A program made the translations under genes and the position numbers. A DNA stretch of 44,800 nucleotides from Chlamydiales bacterium (GTDB lineage: Bacteria > Chlamydiota > Chlamydiia > Chlamydiales > Rhabdochlamydiaceae): assembly GCA_031281085.1 (NCBI GenBank), contig JAITFW010000006.1, positions 1-44,800 on the forward strand, read 5' to 3'. Shown here one piece after another: positions 15,664-24,031 of the stretch. The first letter of the stretch is position 1. Each line of letters starts with the position of its first letter. The notes beneath the pieces are model-generated. The model saw nothing but the letters and a program-made list of their open reading frames with translations. It was not told the DNA's origin and ran no database searches.

Positions 15664-18246
15664 TTATACCTTTTTTCCTCTTTCATAAAAAGATTCTACC
15701 ACCCCGCCATCTTTATCATATTTCTTCTTCACACCGTGTAACTCGTCCTCAAAAAAAGTTTGATAGATATAAGGAGAACCATCATCGTAAAATTTATTGA
15801 ATTTACCATGTCGTTTTCCTTCTTGATATTCCGCTTCAAACACAAGAATCCCTGCTGTGTTCCATTCTTGATAAAGACCATTCATAAAATCATTGTGATA
15901 CTCCACACTTTTGGCAAGTTGTCCATTCAAGTGATAGGATTTTTCCGTTCCTTCTCTTTTATCTTGTTGATAAGGAGTTTCTACGAAAAGGGTTTGATTG
16001 GGGTAATATTGTACGCACACCCCTTCTTTTCTGTCTTGATGAAAGGGCACGGCTACTAATAAGTGTCCTTCTGGAGAAAATATTTTAGCAGTCCCCTCTT
16101 TTTTTCCATTTACATAAGGAGTCACTCCTACTTTTGCTCCTGCTTCGTTATATTCTATCACCTCTTTTTCCAATTGGTCGTTTACAAAGAAAGATTCAAA
16201 AGCTTTAGTTTTTGCAAAGTACTCATTCGGTGGATAATATACCTCGTGAATACCGTTTCTGCGATTGTCCTTATAGTGATAAATCACTTCTCTACCATCA
16301 GGCAGCTTTTCAAAAAATCGTCCATCGAGCTTCCCTTGATTGTAGTTCGCTTCTTCTACTAATACCCCATCAGCTGACCAAATGGCTTTCCTTCCATGCA
16401 TTTGACCATGCTCATAATGCACGCACGAGCAAAGAGCTCCATTTTGATGATAGGCTCTTTGTTCACCGTGCATTTCTCCTTTTTCATCAAAAAATAAATG
16501 CTGGGCAATTTGTAAGTGTTTCTTATCTGCGTTACCAACATCTTTTTCTTGTACCTGTTGAGTAGAGTAATACTCTTTGTGTTCCCCTACAGGAAGACCT
16601 TGCTTAAACGTTTTTACGACACAAGGACTTCCATTTTCATACCAGGTTTTCATGGTTCCTTCTAATAGATCATTAGAATAGCTCACAAGCGCTTTTTGCT
16701 GGCCATTTGGATAATACTCTTCATGTACACCATTGAGTTTTCCTAGATCATCATAATGGGTGATCTCTTTGAGAAGATCTACGCTCCACCACGTTTTTAC
16801 AACACCTATTAACTTGTCTTGATCGTAATGAGCAGATACAATGAGTTCTTTTTTATCATTCCACTCTTGATACAAACCCTGCTTTTTTCCCAAATCAAAT
16901 CGGACGCTTAATTGCAAAACTCCATTTTCATGCCAATGTTTTTGCTCTTGATCCAACTTACCCATTACATAGTGTTCTTGAGTTTTAAGTTGTCCATTTT
17001 CATACCATTGTTCATAAAGACCATCTAAGCTTTTATTTTTGAAAATAGCTCTTTGCGCAAGATTTCCCTTTTCATGCCATTCTTCGTAAGGCCCTTCTTT
17101 TTCATTTTCTACATACATAGCTCTTAATTTGATTTGTCCTGATGAATAGTACTCTTTCTGCTCTCCACTGAGTTTCCCTACATCGTAATGATACTCTATT
17201 TTAAGGTTTCCATGATCATACCACTGCAGATATTCCCCATGATTTTTACCATCTAATAGAGAGTACTGAGCAATGAGTTGTCCCTGATCATTGTATTCCA
17301 TGATAGGCTCTACGGTATTGCCTCCCTCATCAAAATGCGCAGATAAAATCTGTACGCCATTCTCTGCTTTGCGCCAATGTTTACCAACAGGCTGGCCTTT
17401 TATGTAACTACCTTCTCCTAGTAGTTTACCCTCTGCACTGAAAAAGCGTTCTTTACCCTCTTTCAAACCTTCTTTATAAGCTACCTTATAGATCTCCTGT
17501 CCATTCATGTGATATTTGACATGTAGCCCTACAAGCTTTCCTTCACAAAAATCTTGCACCTCTTGAATTGCCTCATCTGGCGTATAGGAAATAACCGCAG
17601 GATCTTTACCATTGGAATGAAGAGATCCATGTTTGTATTGAAGAACGGTTTTTTTTCTACCCGTTGGATACCACTCTATTGCACATCCATGAGGAACCCC
17701 ATGTTCATAAGGAATGACAGCAGCTCGTTTTCCCTTCTCGTGATATTTGATCACCTCACCGATAATCTTGCCCTTCTCGTAAAACACTTCTTCCGCTTTT
17801 CCTGCATTTGGATAATAGGAAACCATACATCCATCTCTTTGTCCCTGCTTAAACCCACAAGTCCCTTGTAGTGTGCCATCTGGGAAAAAAAGCTTCATGG
17901 TTCCATGTAACACTCCACGATCGTAGATCATTTGCTTCTCTAATTTTCCTTCAGCTGTAAAAAATAAACACACACCATGAGGGACAGCTTTTAATTCTTC
18001 TCCATCCTCTATTACAGATAAATCTGTTTCTACTTTAACTTGTCCATCGGGATAGAGTAAAATCTGCTTAACCATTCGATTCGGTTCCTGATCGTAGAAT
18101 AGGACTTTTTTAGGAGCTGAATTGGGATACGTTTCTACAATTTTAGAAGACCAGTGAGGTTGGCGCATTTTAGGAATCACTTCATTGGCAAAAGACATTT
18201 TTGCAAATAAAAGACAAAAGGTTAAAAAGACAAATCTCATCATCAC
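15664..18246 (-). CDS. Exported MORN-variant repeat protein (YwqK-like repeats), 860 aa
   Basis: Signal peptide (…MSFA|NE) followed by tandem ~24-aa units G....(Y/W)Y.NG......Y..G...G to the C-terminus. Confidence 0.88.
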   Translation of the reverse strand: MMMRFVFLTFCLLFAKMSFANEVIPKMRQPHWSSKIVETYPNSAPKKVLFYDQEPNRMVKQILLYPDGQVKVETDLSVIEDGEELKAVPHGVCLFFTAEGKLEKQMIYDRGVLHGTMKLFFPDGTLQGTCGFKQGQRDGCMVSYYPNAGKAEEVFYEKGKIIGEVIKYHEKGKRAAVIPYEHGVPHGCAIEWYPTGRKKTVLQYKHGSLHSNGKDPAVISYTPDEAIQEVQDFCEGKLVGLHVKYHMNGQEIYKVAYKEGLKEGKERFFSAEGKLLGEGSYIKGQPVGKHWRKAENGVQILSAHFDEGGNTVEPIMEYNDQGQLIAQYSLLDGKNHGEYLQWYDHGNLKIEYHYDVGKLSGEQKEYYSSGQIKLRAMYVENEKEGPYEEWHEKGNLAQRAIFKNKSLDGLYEQWYENGQLKTQEHYVMGKLDQEQKHWHENGVLQLSVRFDLGKKQGLYQEWNDKKELIVSAHYDQDKLIGVVKTWWSVDLLKEITHYDDLGKLNGVHEEYYPNGQQKALVSYSNDLLEGTMKTWYENGSPCVVKTFKQGLPVGEHKEYYSTQQVQEKDVGNADKKHLQIAQHLFFDEKGEMHGEQRAYHQNGALCSCVHYEHGQMHGRKAIWSADGVLVEEANYNQGKLDGRFFEKLPDGREVIYHYKDNRRNGIHEVYYPPNEYFAKTKAFESFFVNDQLEKEVIEYNEAGAKVGVTPYVNGKKEGTAKIFSPEGHLLVAVPFHQDRKEGVCVQYYPNQTLFVETPYQQDKREGTEKSYHLNGQLAKSVEYHNDFMNGLYQEWNTAGILVFEAEYQEGKRHGKFNKFYDDGSPYIYQTFFEDELHGVKKKYDKDGGVVESFYERGKKV

Positions 18247-18591
18247 AAAGTCTCCTTAAAATAACTATTTTTTTACTTAAGCATAAAGTAGCTATCTCTT
18301 TCAGACAAGCTCTTAAGAAATCTGTGCAATGAAACTTAAGACAAAAGCTACACAGCCCGACAAAAAGGGGATTCTCATTCTTTCATATAAAAGAACTACA
18401 TATAAATTAAAAATATATAATAAATTGATATTAATTCATTAATTATAAATTAAATATTAGAAAATATCTTGTTTATTATTATCTGATTATTTTATCTTTT
18501 GGAAAAATTGTTTGTTTTTAATTTTTGTTAAAAAATCGGTTTTTACTAAATGAATATCCCTTTAGCATATTAAACATAGGAGCCATGCACG

Positions 18592-19149
18592 ATGACTTTT
18601 AAAATAGGATCCCATTCCTCTGTTTCTCACCAGAAGAAAAACGAAAAATCTGTACAACAAGCATCAAAAAAAAGCAACACTACATGGTATGCCAGGGGAA
18701 TAGATCCATCTCCTATTCAAGAAAATAGATCCCTACCAACCCCTGCTACATTTTCTTCCAATGAGGTGAATCTGATCTCTACAGCATTACAAGCATTGCC
18801 AAAAAATAAGCCCACACTATCATGCAGATCTGATACAACCGTTATTAGTGCCAAAAGTGCTCTGAAACTCATTGGCAAGAAAATTCCTCCTATACCACCG
18901 CTTAGATCTGATACAACATGTTTAAGTTCTACATCAAAGCCTTCTCATAAAGAAAGTTTTCCTGCAGAACAAAACCGAGCCTCTAGACCACAAAATACAA
19001 TTAAAGAACTAAAAACTCGCTTATCGAAAACCTCAAATTCTAGCACAGAATTTGACCCATCCATTCCTTTAGTCAAATCTCTTTCAAAAGAAATAGAGCA
19101 ATTAAATGAGGTGCTCGAAGAACTAGGAGTAGAACCCGTATCTAAATAA
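18592..19149 (+). CDS. Hypothetical S/T/P/K-rich protein, candidate type III effector
   Basis: AGGAG RBS; low-complexity, disorder-type composition; C-terminal amphipathic/coiled-coil helix; AT-rich upstream region. Confidence 0.7.
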   Translation: MTFKIGSHSSVSHQKKNEKSVQQASKKSNTTWYARGIDPSPIQENRSLPTPATFSSNEVNLISTALQALPKNKPTLSCRSDTTVISAKSALKLIGKKIPPIPPLRSDTTCLSSTSKPSHKESFPAEQNRASRPQNTIKELKTRLSKTSNSSTEFDPSIPLVKSLSKEIEQLNEVLEELGVEPVSK

Positions 19150-19162
19150 AAGAACACTATTT

Positions 19163-19208
19163 AGTACTTGTTGATCTGTTTTAAAATAATATCGACAAGT
19201 ACTTCTTT
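19163..19208 (+). terminator. Probable terminator hairpin
   Basis: AGTACTTGTTGAT...ATCGACAAGTACT (13 bp with one G-U pair) then TCTTT, 13 bp after the stop. Confidence 0.55.
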
Positions 19209-19421
19209 ATGAGTAGTTCTAAACAGGCAACGGCGGATATGATGTTTTAAAACTATGGGAGTTATAAGTGCCTATTCTTTGCTCTAACTGCTGTTCATAC
19301 ACCGTAAAAAAAAGAGCTCGATCATTGTGCCAGGATGCAAATAGGAAGATCCTAGCACAATCAATATCGCAAAAAAAAGATACACTCGCTTAAACCCCCA
19401 TTTAGCTTAAATCAAAAAACA

Positions 19422-19793
19422 TTAAAACCCTATCCAACAAAGAAGGCTTCCATATATCAGAGGAAAAATTCCACTCAGTCTGATAGAGGAGTATGAACTC
19501 ATTGTACATGTAATTAAAAGTTGTGGGAAAAATAAAATCATGAGACCACGCATTAAAAAAAGCCAACCCAATATGGAAATCAATACAAGTAAGCTCATAT
19601 CCCAATAGTTGTATTCATTAAGGATAAAAAGACCAATTAGTAGATTGATAGATCCATGACAATAAAAAATAGCTGGTGTACTTTTCATAGATGTCATAAT
19701 TTTATGAACGTTATGATGATAAAACAACATCCACAATCCTAAAATTAATAAAAAGGGACCAAAAACCCTAGCTAACCCTATTGCTGTGTCCAC
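19422..19793 (-). CDS. Small 4-TM hypothetical membrane protein
   Basis: GTG start with AAGGAGG RBS; four hydrophobic segments. Confidence 0.8.
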   Translation of the reverse strand: MDTAIGLARVFGPFLLILGLWMLFYHHNVHKIMTSMKSTPAIFYCHGSINLLIGLFILNEYNYWDMSLLVLISILGWLFLMRGLMILFFPQLLITCTMSSYSSIRLSGIFPLIYGSLLCWIGF

Positions 19794-19800
19794 TCTTACC

Positions 19801-19861
19801 TCCTTAAGTTTAAGTGTAGCTAATAAATTTCAACTTAAGGATTACATAAATTAGTTGTCAA
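19801..19861 (-). promoter_or_regulatory. Sigma66-type promoter with an overlapping 10-bp inverted repeat
   Basis: Minus strand TTGACA (19861-19856)-N18-TAAGTT; inverted repeat arms at 19801-19810 and 19832-19841. Confidence 0.5.
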
Positions 19862-19869
19862 TATATTGC

Positions 19870-20322
19870 TTATGTGCGCTTATATTTACCAACTAATTCT
19901 GCTTGCGCAATCATGTGGCTTTGCATAGCCTGCTCTACTTGGCTTTTACTGGCCCCTTCTGATAGATCTAGCTCACAATCAAGGGCATACAACTTAAAAA
20001 AATAACGATGCTCTCGATCAGGTGGGCAAGGTCCTTGATAGCAAAGCGTCCCACTTGTATTTCTACCGCTCACTCCTTGCGGGACGCTGTTTTTAGGGAT
20101 ATGAGTAGTAGTTGGAGGAATATTAAAGACAACCCAATGGTCCCACATGCAATCTTTGCGAACAGATACAGGAACATCTGGGTCATCGATGATTAATACA
20201 AGACTTTTTGCATGAGAAGGAACCTCTTTTATGATCAACTCTGGATTTATGTCATTGCCATCGCAGCTATATTCTACAGGGATCGATCCCATATGATGAA
20301 AAGCAGGAGAGAGTAATTGCAT
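19870..20322 (-). CDS. YbhB/YbcL-family (PEBP, Raf kinase inhibitor-like) protein
   Basis: DDPD.P, WDHWVVFNIP, YQGPCPP and HRYFFKLYALD motifs. ATG 20322 (MQLLSPAF) fits the family N-terminus better than 20361. Confidence 0.93.
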   Translation of the reverse strand: MQLLSPAFHHMGSIPVEYSCDGNDINPELIIKEVPSHAKSLVLIIDDPDVPVSVRKDCMWDHWVVFNIPPTTTHIPKNSVPQGVSGRNTSGTLCYQGPCPPDREHRYFFKLYALDCELDLSEGASKSQVEQAMQSHMIAQAELVGKYKRT

Positions 20323-20327
20323 AAAAT

Positions 20328-20834
20328 CTATCGGTTGTTTATAGGTTTTTCTTTCACGCATTTTATAAGAAATCCTTTTTGCAAATCAATCCATAATTCT
20401 TTGTTTTCTTGTTTAGCAAAATAGATCACTCCTCTTGGACAAATGAGTCCATTAGAGAAGATTTCCCATTTTTTGTTCTCGATGGGCTCTTTTTGATACT
20501 TACAAATGTTTACAGCAGAAAGAGCGTGTTTTTTCCCTCGGTTTAAAATAGAAGGTGGAAAAGGTTCATCGGAATGGATCCTATAATAATAGGTGTCATT
20601 TTCTAAAAAGATCTCAAAGAGCACATCTGTTTGATAAATCAGAGCAAGAGATTGCGCATATTGCAAAGAGGAAAAACAATCGGTTACTTGGTTATTAAAC
20701 CTATACTCAGAGATCATACGAAAGATCTGCCATCCACCAACAGAGGCAATCATGCTAAAAATACAAACTGCAATCATTACCTCTAAAAGAGTGAATGACT
20801 TTCTATTCTTGAGATCTTTGACTGGAATCATCAT
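20328..20834 (-). CDS. Type II secretion minor pseudopilin (GspH-like)
   Basis: Basic leader then FTLLEVMIAV hydrophobic helix (E at +5); position in the gsp operon. Confidence 0.8.
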   Translation of the reverse strand: MMIPVKDLKNRKSFTLLEVMIAVCIFSMIASVGGWQIFRMISEYRFNNQVTDCFSSLQYAQSLALIYQTDVLFEIFLENDTYYYRIHSDEPFPPSILNRGKKHALSAVNICKYQKEPIENKKWEIFSNGLICPRGVIYFAKQENKELWIDLQKGFLIKCVKEKPINNR

Positions 20835-21186
20835 GTGGCGCCTGTAACTGTGTTAAGCGCTCTGAAGTCACGACAATTTGATCATCTTGTATCTCAATGA
20901 CAAATGGCACCCCCCATCCATCTATTAACAAATTCGGTGCATTTTTTACTACACCTGAATTTCTCAGATAGGTTTCTGCTTGAGCAACTACATCTGTAAT
21001 AGAAGCTCCTTTGGCCACTTCTAACATGAGGGTATCTTCGATCAGTTGTATAGCCCGCTCGGTTTTAAATATCTTGCCTTTATCAAGACTTCCTTTCATG
21101 CTAAACCCAAGAACGCTGCCAATGAGTCCGATTAAAACGATGACAATCATAATCTCTAACAAAGTGAGCGCTTGCTTTTTTTTCAT
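20803..21186 (-). CDS. gspG: Type II secretion major pseudopilin (GspG-like, CT569-type)
   Basis: AGGAG RBS and ATG 21186: MKKKQA|LTLLEIMIVIVLIGLIG; C-terminal DGWG.PF motif. Confidence 0.8.
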   Translation of the reverse strand: MKKKQALTLLEIMIVIVLIGLIGSVLGFSMKGSLDKGKIFKTERAIQLIEDTLMLEVAKGASITDVVAQAETYLRNSGVVKNAPNLLIDGWGVPFVIEIQDDQIVVTSERLTQLQAPHDDSSQRSQE

Positions 21187-21196
21187 AAAATTTCTC

Positions 21197-22375
21197 CTAA
21201 TTAAAAGAGCCCACATCAGTGAGTGGAATAAGAATAGATAAGACCACAAGACCGATGATGGCTCCTAAAGCAACCAACATAATAGGTTGCAAAAAAGCGG
21301 AGATCTGTGCAAGGTGTTTTTCTAATTCTTCTTCATAAATTTTAGAAAGATGAAAAAAAGCTTCATCCATTTTTCCCGTTTCTTCTGCAATAGAAAGCAT
21401 TCTCGTCATTAAAGCGGGCACAATAGGATGTTCATCACAGACCCATGAAAGTTTTTTGCCTTGTGCAAGCTTTTGTTGCGCATCGATTAACACTTTTTCT
21501 AGTAAAGGGTGTCTAACTATTTTTTTGACTAAAGCAATCGATTCAGTCAATGGAATCCCAGCACTGAGCAACATAGCCATGGTACGCGACAAGTGCAAAA
21601 GAGCATTATGAAAAAGAAATATGCTCACATAGGGTAATTGGATCAAAATAGGATAAATGAGCTCTTTAAAAAACTTCTTCCCAGCGAATACAGTTGCTGT
21701 GCAAAGAATGAGTATAGATAAAAAAAAAGTCCACATATGCTGATTGAGTTGGTTGCTCAATCCAAGCACAAAAGCAGTAACGGAATGTAAAGATCTATCT
21801 TGAAATAGCTCTTTCATAGAGGGGATCACAAATAACAGTAGCCCTAAAGCAATCAGAAAAGAAAAGCAAAAAAGAACTCCTGGATACGTTAGTGCAGATT
21901 TTAATTGCTTTCTCATCTTCTGCTGATGAGCAATGATTTGAACCAGTTGCTCAAAAGTAGAAACTAACTTCCCACTTTGTTCTGCAATATGCACCATAGA
22001 AATATAGATGGCATCAAAAGTATGTGGATACTTTTTTAAAGACTCTGAAAGAGGATATCCTTCTTTCAAACGATGGCAAAGGTCTAAAAATAAGGAATGC
22101 GCTTTGTGACGTACATGTTTTTCTTCAATGGTTAATAAGCTCTCATACAAAGGAAGGCCTGCTTTAAGTAATTGAGAGAGCTCTTTTGTAAAGATCAGTA
22201 GAAGGGCTGGAGTTAAAACCGGTTCTTTTTGCTTATTCTGCAGATAGGTTAAAGAAGTGATTAGGAATTGTTGCTTGCGTAGTTTTTCTTTAGCGGTTTC
22301 CAAACAATCTGCATCAATAGCACCTTTCATCTCTTTACCATTAGTGGCAATGGCACGATAACGAAATAAAGGCAT
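21197..22375 (-). CDS. gspF: Type II secretion inner-membrane platform protein F
   Basis: MP.FRYRA...G, LL.AGLPL, AEQSGKL, ALTYP, EETGK.D motifs. Confidence 0.96.
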   Translation of the reverse strand: MPLFRYRAIATNGKEMKGAIDADCLETAKEKLRKQQFLITSLTYLQNKQKEPVLTPALLLIFTKELSQLLKAGLPLYESLLTIEEKHVRHKAHSLFLDLCHRLKEGYPLSESLKKYPHTFDAIYISMVHIAEQSGKLVSTFEQLVQIIAHQQKMRKQLKSALTYPGVLFCFSFLIALGLLLFVIPSMKELFQDRSLHSVTAFVLGLSNQLNQHMWTFFLSILILCTATVFAGKKFFKELIYPILIQLPYVSIFLFHNALLHLSRTMAMLLSAGIPLTESIALVKKIVRHPLLEKVLIDAQQKLAQGKKLSWVCDEHPIVPALMTRMLSIAEETGKMDEAFFHLSKIYEEELEKHLAQISAFLQPIMLVALGAIIGLVVLSILIPLTDVGSFN

Positions 22376-24022
22376 CTAACCCTCCAAAATTTTAGTGACC
22401 CTTAATACTTCAGAAGTAGTGGTAATCCCTTTTTGGACCAAAATAGCCCCTTGTTGCCGTAAACTACTCATTCCTTGAGCCAAAGCCACCTTTTGCAAGG
22501 TAGTGGCATCTGCTGAAAGAAGCAATTGCTGTCTAATCAAGTGATCCACATACATCAACTCATAAATAGCATGTCTTCCTTTAAAACCAGAGCCATAACA
22601 TATTTCACAGCCAGCTCCTCGATAAAGACCATCCTTTACTTTCTCCTTGCTAAGGTTGATCTCTTTGAGCTCTTGATCTGAAGGTTGATAAAGAACACTA
22701 CAGTGAGGACAAATTCTTCGGACAAGCCGTTGGGCTAACACCCCTAATACGGAGGAAGAAAGCAGATAGGGTTCAATTCCCATATCCACTAAACGAGTTA
22801 ATGCTGAGGGTGCATCATTGGTATGCAACGTGCTAAAAACCAAGTGTCCGGTCAATGCGGATTGAATAGCAATCTCTGCAGTTTCTTTATCACGGATTTC
22901 CCCAATCATAATGACGTCGGGGTCTTGTCTGAGAATGTGCCTTAATCCTGTAGCAAAGCTGAGATGAATTCTAGGATTGACCCCTATTTGCGCCATACCA
23001 GGAAGTTTATATTCAACGGGATCTTCAATAGTCATGATATTCACTTCAGAAGAGTTAATCTCTGATAAAGCACTGTACAAAGTCGTTGTCTTTCCACTCC
23101 CAGTTGGTCCCGTGACGAGCACAATCCCTTCGCTTAAACGAATCAACTTATGAAACGCACTGAGTAGAACAGAATCCATACCAATTTTATCTAGCCCAAG
23201 AGATACGTTATTTTTATCTAAAATACGCAGTACAATCCTCTCTCCAAAAGCAACAGGTACGGTGCTTACTCGAAAATCGATTTGTCTTTGCCCCATATGC
23301 AGCTTAATTCTTCCATCTTGAGGCAGTCTATGTTCTGCAATATCTAGCCGAGCTAACACTTTAATTCGCGTAATGAGTTGGACCTGTAATTCTAGAGGAG
23401 GAGTATGGCGCATATGTAATACACCATCTACTCTATAACGCACCTCCAGTCCTTGTTCTGTCGGCTCAAAATGGATATCTGAGGAACCTTGTTGTACAGC
23501 CTCTGCTAAGATGACATTTAAAAGATGAATCACAGGAACTTCACTTACGCTCTCCAATAAGTCATACCCTTCTTGCAGATCTTCTACACGACCCTCTTGA
23601 TGTTGCTGTAAGCTTGCAATGTATTCCGATGCTTCATTCTCCTTTTGATGAAAAAGCTGCTCGATCGCTTTTTCAAAAGCCATTTGAGTTGTAAAAACTA
23701 CCTGAACATCTTTTTGTGTGATAAATCGGACCTGTTCTAAAGCTTCTAAATCAAAAGGATTGAGCATAGCCACAACCCACTTTTCCACCTGCTCTTCCAC
23801 TATTACCAGATGATGTTTACGAACAAAGGAATAGGGAAGAGGGGATATTTTATTTTTGATACAGAAAAAACCTGAAAGGTCTGAACAGAAAGGAATTTCT
23901 AATTCTTTAACTTTTTCTTCCACGCTTCCCACATAGGAACGGACTTGCACTGAAGGAGAAGGAGTCTCCTTTTGTTTAAGCAAACCCGATAATTTTTCTA
24001 AAATCCCTGTCAATATTGCCAT
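22376..24022 (-). CDS. gspE: Type II secretion ATPase E
   Basis: SDIHFEP, RLPQDGR, GPTGSGKT, EDPVE, LRQDPD.I.IGEIRD, TGHLV.STLH and tetracysteine CPHC/CEIC. Confidence 0.97.
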   Translation of the reverse strand: MAILTGILEKLSGLLKQKETPSPSVQVRSYVGSVEEKVKELEIPFCSDLSGFFCIKNKISPLPYSFVRKHHLVIVEEQVEKWVVAMLNPFDLEALEQVRFITQKDVQVVFTTQMAFEKAIEQLFHQKENEASEYIASLQQHQEGRVEDLQEGYDLLESVSEVPVIHLLNVILAEAVQQGSSDIHFEPTEQGLEVRYRVDGVLHMRHTPPLELQVQLITRIKVLARLDIAEHRLPQDGRIKLHMGQRQIDFRVSTVPVAFGERIVLRILDKNNVSLGLDKIGMDSVLLSAFHKLIRLSEGIVLVTGPTGSGKTTTLYSALSEINSSEVNIMTIEDPVEYKLPGMAQIGVNPRIHLSFATGLRHILRQDPDVIMIGEIRDKETAEIAIQSALTGHLVFSTLHTNDAPSALTRLVDMGIEPYLLSSSVLGVLAQRLVRRICPHCSVLYQPSDQELKEINLSKEKVKDGLYRGAGCEICYGSGFKGRHAIYELMYVDHLIRQQLLLSADATTLQKVALAQGMSSLRQQGAILVQKGITTTSEVLRVTKILEG

Positions 24023-24031
24023 AGTGATTTT

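Noticed and set aside
15664-18246. Toxin-antitoxin system (YwqK antitoxin)
   Set aside because: No toxin gene adjacent; the protein is very long and has a signal peptide.
18400-18545. Very AT-rich tract (also 1800-1990) as replication origin or shared operator
   Set aside because: No DnaA-box cluster seen; similarity between the tracts is explainable by base composition.
19210-19400. Possible sRNA or gene fragment in the intergenic gap
   Set aside because: An open minus-strand frame has no start codon or recognisable motif, and no convincing RNA structure was seen.
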